Positions 28,878 through 32,000 of a stretch of 32,000 nt of DNA are shown in pieces. The position numbers and the translations under genes were made by a program. Numbering within the stretch: position 1 is the stretch's first letter; each line of letters opens with the position of its first letter. The stretch covers positions 2,946 to 34,945 of the forward strand of contig NZ_FOVC01000003.1 of the NCBI RefSeq assembly GCF_900115045.1, written 5' to 3'. The DNA is from Izhakiella capsodis. GTDB taxonomy: Bacteria > Pseudomonadota > Gammaproteobacteria > Enterobacterales > Enterobacteriaceae. The notes beneath the pieces are model-generated. The model had not been told where the DNA came from. It did no database searches and saw only the letters and a list, made by a program, of their open reading frames with translations.

Positions 28878-31535
28878 ATGAGTATCAAGCAAACTGAACC
28901 AGGTTGCATGAACGCCTTTATCTCTGCGCCGCTGGACTGGCATGACGACGTACTCACGCGCGATCGACTCAGGCTGCAACTGGAACTTTTTCAACAGCAG
29001 CTGGCCTTGGCCTTTGATGCCGGTGTGGATGTCAAAACGCTGATTGGTGCCCGCACGCTGTTTATTGATCATCTGCTGCGTCGTCTGTGGCGTTTTCTTG
29101 GGTTTGAAAATGACCAGAACGTTGCGCTGGTCGCAGTGGGTGGCTACGGGCGTGGCGAACTGCACCCACTCTCCGATATTGATTTACTGATCCTTAGCCG
29201 TGCCCCCTTAGACGGCAGTGCAGCGCAGCGCAGCAGCGAGCTAATTACGCTGCTTTGGGATCTCAAACTGGAAGTTGGCCACAGCGTGCGCAGCCTGGAA
29301 GAGTGCCTGCTGGAGGGCCTGTCCGATTTAACAGTGGCAACCAACCTTATTGAGTCACGTATGCTTACCGGCGACGTGGCGCTGTATCTTGAACTGCAAA
29401 AACACGTATTCAGTGATGGTTTCTGGCCTTCTCCGCATTTTTTTGCCGCTAAATTCGCTGAGCAGCAGGAGCGACATCAACGCTATCACGGTACCAGCTA
29501 TAACCTGGAGCCCGATATCAAAAGCAGTCCCGGTGGCCTGCGCGATATTCACACCCTGCTTTGGGTCGCGCGCCGACATTTTGGGGCCACCTCGCTTGAT
29601 GAAATGGTCGGCTTCGGCTTTCTGACTGAAGCAGAACGCAACGAACTCAATGAATGTCAGGATTTTCTCTGGCGTGTGCGTTTCGCCCTGCATCTTTTAC
29701 TGTCGCGCTGTGATAATCGTCTGCTGTTTGATCGCCAGCTAAGCGTAGCGCAGCGGCTACGCTATTCAGGTGAGGGCAATCAGCCGATCGAGCGCATGAT
29801 GAAGGATTTTTACCGCGTTATGCGCCGCGTGGGCGAACTAAATCAGATGCTGCTGCAGCTATTCGAAGAGGCCATTCTTGCGCTGAAACCGACCGAAAAA
29901 CCGTACGCGCTGGATAACGAATTCCAGCTGCGAGGCAGCCTGATAGACCTGTCAGATGAGACGCTATTTGAGCGCGATCCGGTGGCTATCATGGGCATGT
30001 TTCATATTATGGTGCGCAATGCCGACATTACCGGCATCTACTCGTCAACCCTACGTCAGCTTCGCTACGCGCGCCGCCATCTGACGCAGCCTTTGTGCAA
30101 TTACTCCGAAGCCCGCAGACTGTTTATGGCCATTTTGCGCCATCCCGGCGCGGTCAGCCGCGCGCTGGTGCCGATGCACCGGCACAGCGTGCTATGGGCC
30201 TATATGCCGCAGTGGAGCAACATTGTCGGCCAGATGCAGTTCGATCTGTTTCACGCTTATACCGTCGACGAACATACCATTCGCGTGCTGCAAAAGCTGG
30301 AGAGTTTTTCACGCGAAGAAACCCGCCCGGCTCACCCACTTTGCGTTGAGCTCTGGACACGCCTTCCGCAGCTTGAACTACTGCTGATGGCGGCGCTGTT
30401 TCACGATATTGCTAAAGGGCGCGGCGGCGATCATTCGGTTCTTGGCGCCCAGGACGCACAGGAGTTCGCCGAACTCCACGGCCTGAATCCACGTGAAGCA
30501 CAGCTGGTTTCCTGGCTGGTGCGCCATCATCTGTTGATGTCTGTCACCGCACAGCGCCGTGATATTCAGGACCCCACGGTTATCCAGCACTTTGCCGAAA
30601 CTATCGGTAACGAAAATCGCCTGCGCTATCTTATTTGCCTGACCGTCTCTGATATTTGCGCCACAAATGGAACGCTGTGGAACAGCTGGAAACAAAGCCT
30701 GCTGCGGGAGTTATTCTTCGCCACAGAGAAGCAGCTGCGGCGTGGCATGGAGAACAGCCCGGATTTACGCGAACGCGTACGCCACCATCGTTTGCAGGCA
30801 TTGTCACTATTACGTATGGATAATATTGATGAGCAGGCATTGAGCCGTATCTGGAGCCGCTGCCGCGCCGATTATTTTTTACGTCACAGCCCCCATCAGC
30901 TAGCCTGGCACGCGCGGAGTCTGCTTCAGCACGAGCTGGACCAGCCGCTGGTTCTGGTCAGTCCACAAGCGACACGCGGCGGCACAGAAATTTTCATCTG
31001 GAGCCCGGACAAACCTTACCTGTTCGCCACCGTGGCAGGTGAGCTGGACAGGCGTAATCTTAGCGTCCATGACGCACAGATTTTCACCAGTCGCGATGGT
31101 ATGGCGATGGACACGTTTATCGTACTGGAGCCTGATGGCAATCCACTGGCACCTGACAGACATGTGCAAATCGCCCGGGATTTAGAACAGGCCATCACCC
31201 AAACTAACTGGCAGGCACCTCGTCCACGCAGGCCATACTCCCGTTTACGTCATTTCAATGTTGATACCCAGGTCAATTTTCTACCTACCCATACTGAGCG
31301 ACGTACCTATCTGGAGCTGGTTGCGCTCGACCAGCCCGGTCTGCTGGCGCGTGTCGGTGAAGTATTTTCCGATTTGGGCATCTCGCTGCACGGAGCCCGC
31401 ATCAGTACTATCGGCGAACGGGTTGAAGATTTATTTATCCTGGCCAACGCCGATCGGCGTGGGCTGGAGAGCAAATTATGCCAGACCCTGCGACAACGGT
31501 TGACAGAGGCCCTTAATCCAAACGATAAAGTGTGA
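28878..31535 (+). CDS. glnD: Bifunctional uridylyltransferase/uridylyl-removing enzyme (PII regulator)
   Basis: 885 aa. The nucleotidyltransferase motif ([22 protein letters not shown]), the HD domain ([18 protein letters not shown]) and two C-terminal ACT domains, ending [11 protein letters not shown], match E. coli GlnD. GGAG lies 10 nt upstream of the ATG. Confidence 0.97.
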   Translation: MSIKQTEPGCMNAFISAPLDWHDDVLTRDRLRLQLELFQQQLALAFDAGVDVKTLIGARTLFIDHLLRRLWRFLGFENDQNVALVAVGGYGRGELHPLSDIDLLILSRAPLDGSAAQRSSELITLLWDLKLEVGHSVRSLEECLLEGLSDLTVATNLIESRMLTGDVALYLELQKHVFSDGFWPSPHFFAAKFAEQQERHQRYHGTSYNLEPDIKSSPGGLRDIHTLLWVARRHFGATSLDEMVGFGFLTEAERNELNECQDFLWRVRFALHLLLSRCDNRLLFDRQLSVAQRLRYSGEGNQPIERMMKDFYRVMRRVGELNQMLLQLFEEAILALKPTEKPYALDNEFQLRGSLIDLSDETLFERDPVAIMGMFHIMVRNADITGIYSSTLRQLRYARRHLTQPLCNYSEARRLFMAILRHPGAVSRALVPMHRHSVLWAYMPQWSNIVGQMQFDLFHAYTVDEHTIRVLQKLESFSREETRPAHPLCVELWTRLPQLELLLMAALFHDIAKGRGGDHSVLGAQDAQEFAELHGLNPREAQLVSWLVRHHLLMSVTAQRRDIQDPTVIQHFAETIGNENRLRYLICLTVSDICATNGTLWNSWKQSLLRELFFATEKQLRRGMENSPDLRERVRHHRLQALSLLRMDNIDEQALSRIWSRCRADYFLRHSPHQLAWHARSLLQHELDQPLVLVSPQATRGGTEIFIWSPDKPYLFATVAGELDRRNLSVHDAQIFTSRDGMAMDTFIVLEPDGNPLAPDRHVQIARDLEQAITQTNWQAPRPRRPYSRLRHFNVDTQVNFLPTHTERRTYLELVALDQPGLLARVGEVFSDLGISLHGARISTIGERVEDLFILANADRRGLESKLCQTLRQRLTEALNPNDKV

Positions 31536-31618
31536 TGGCGATTTGTTTTTTTAATCGGTCACTGGCAGCCGGCTGCCTTAGTCGGTTACTGCAGTGATGA
31601 CATTTCAGGAAGAGACCC

Positions 31619-32000
31619 ATGCAACAATTACAGAGTGTTATTGAGAGCGCCTTTGAGCGTCGCGCTGAAATTACGCCATCCAGCGTTGATACTGTCACCC
31701 GTGAAGCCGTTACCCAGACTCTGGCGCTGCTGGACAGCGGCACGCTGCGTGTTTGCGAAAAAATTAACGGCCAGTGGGTGACTCATCAGTGGCTGAAAAA
31801 AGCAGTTTTGCTCTCTTTTCGCATTCATGACAATCAGATGATTGAGGGCGCTGAAAGCCGTTTTTACGATAAAGTTCCTATGAAGTTCAGCAACTATGAC
31901 GACGCTCGCTTCAAAAAAGAGGGCTTCCGCGTGGTGCCGCCCGCAGCGGTACGTCAGGGTGCATTCATTGCCAGAAACACCGTACTGATGCCATCATACG
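31619..32000 (+). CDS. dapD: Tetrahydrodipicolinate N-succinyltransferase, 3'-truncated by the window edge
   Basis: It is absent from the ORF track because there is no stop in the window. The ATG at 31619 is preceded by AGGAAGAG. The translation [31 protein letters not shown]...[36 protein letters not shown]...[26 protein letters not shown] matches the E. coli DapD N-terminus. Confidence 0.93.
   Translation, partial: MQQLQSVIESAFERRAEITPSSVDTVTREAVTQTLALLDSGTLRVCEKINGQWVTHQWLKKAVLLSFRIHDNQMIEGAESRFYDKVPMKFSNYDDARFKKEGFRVVPPAAVRQGAFIARNTVLMPSY

Noticed and set aside
28833-29165. A 110-aa minus-strand ORF overlapping the glnD start.
   Set aside because: It is antisense to the well-supported glnD N-terminus, with no SD and no family resemblance.
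31519-31577. A T7 run after a weak CAAACG/CGATTTG stem at the glnD stop, plus the perfect 14-nt palindrome GGCAGCCGGCTGCC (31564-31577) upstream of dapD.
   Set aside because: The first stem is AU-rich and bulged. The palindrome gives only a 5-bp stem with a 4-nt loop and has no U-tract. Either could be a weak glnD terminator or a dapD operator, but the sequence alone does not support a call.

Overview
This window is a densely packed housekeeping block of an Enterobacterales chromosome. It is syntenic with, and inverted relative to, the E. coli K-12 ~4-min region as I remember it. I call 30 CDS: metQ(partial)-rcsF-trmO-proS (+), arfB-yaeQ (-), yaeP-rof (+), tilS-yaeR-accA-dnaE-rnhB-lpxB-lpxA-fabZ-lpxD-skp-bamA-rseP-cdsA-uppS-dxr-frr-pyrH-tsf-rpsB (-), and map-glnD-dapD(partial) (+). 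Every long ORF translates to a protein I recognise closely from the E. coli orthologue. Identity is high but clearly not E. coli or Salmonella level, so an Erwinia/Pantoea-like relative is a guess I cannot verify without a search. Several ORF-track starts are over-extended and are corrected below: yaeP, tilS, rnhB, pyrH, rpsB and map, with cdsA ambiguous. dapD is missing from the ORF track because it runs off the window end. I see no rRNA or tRNA genes, CRISPR arrays, transposases, integrases, phage genes, toxin-antitoxin pairs or defence-island-like accessory content. I therefore do not find a novel multi-gene system here. The leads worth a second look are all small and non-coding. (1) The map-glnD spacer is enlarged and carries a three-arm, mutually exclusive hairpin set. 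(2) A 408-nt gene-free gap sits where E. coli has ldcC. (3) A sigma-E-type promoter motif lies inside rseP, pointing at bamA. (4) The bamA-skp and lpxD-fabZ spacers contain structured elements. All homology statements come from memory of the protein families, not from a database search.
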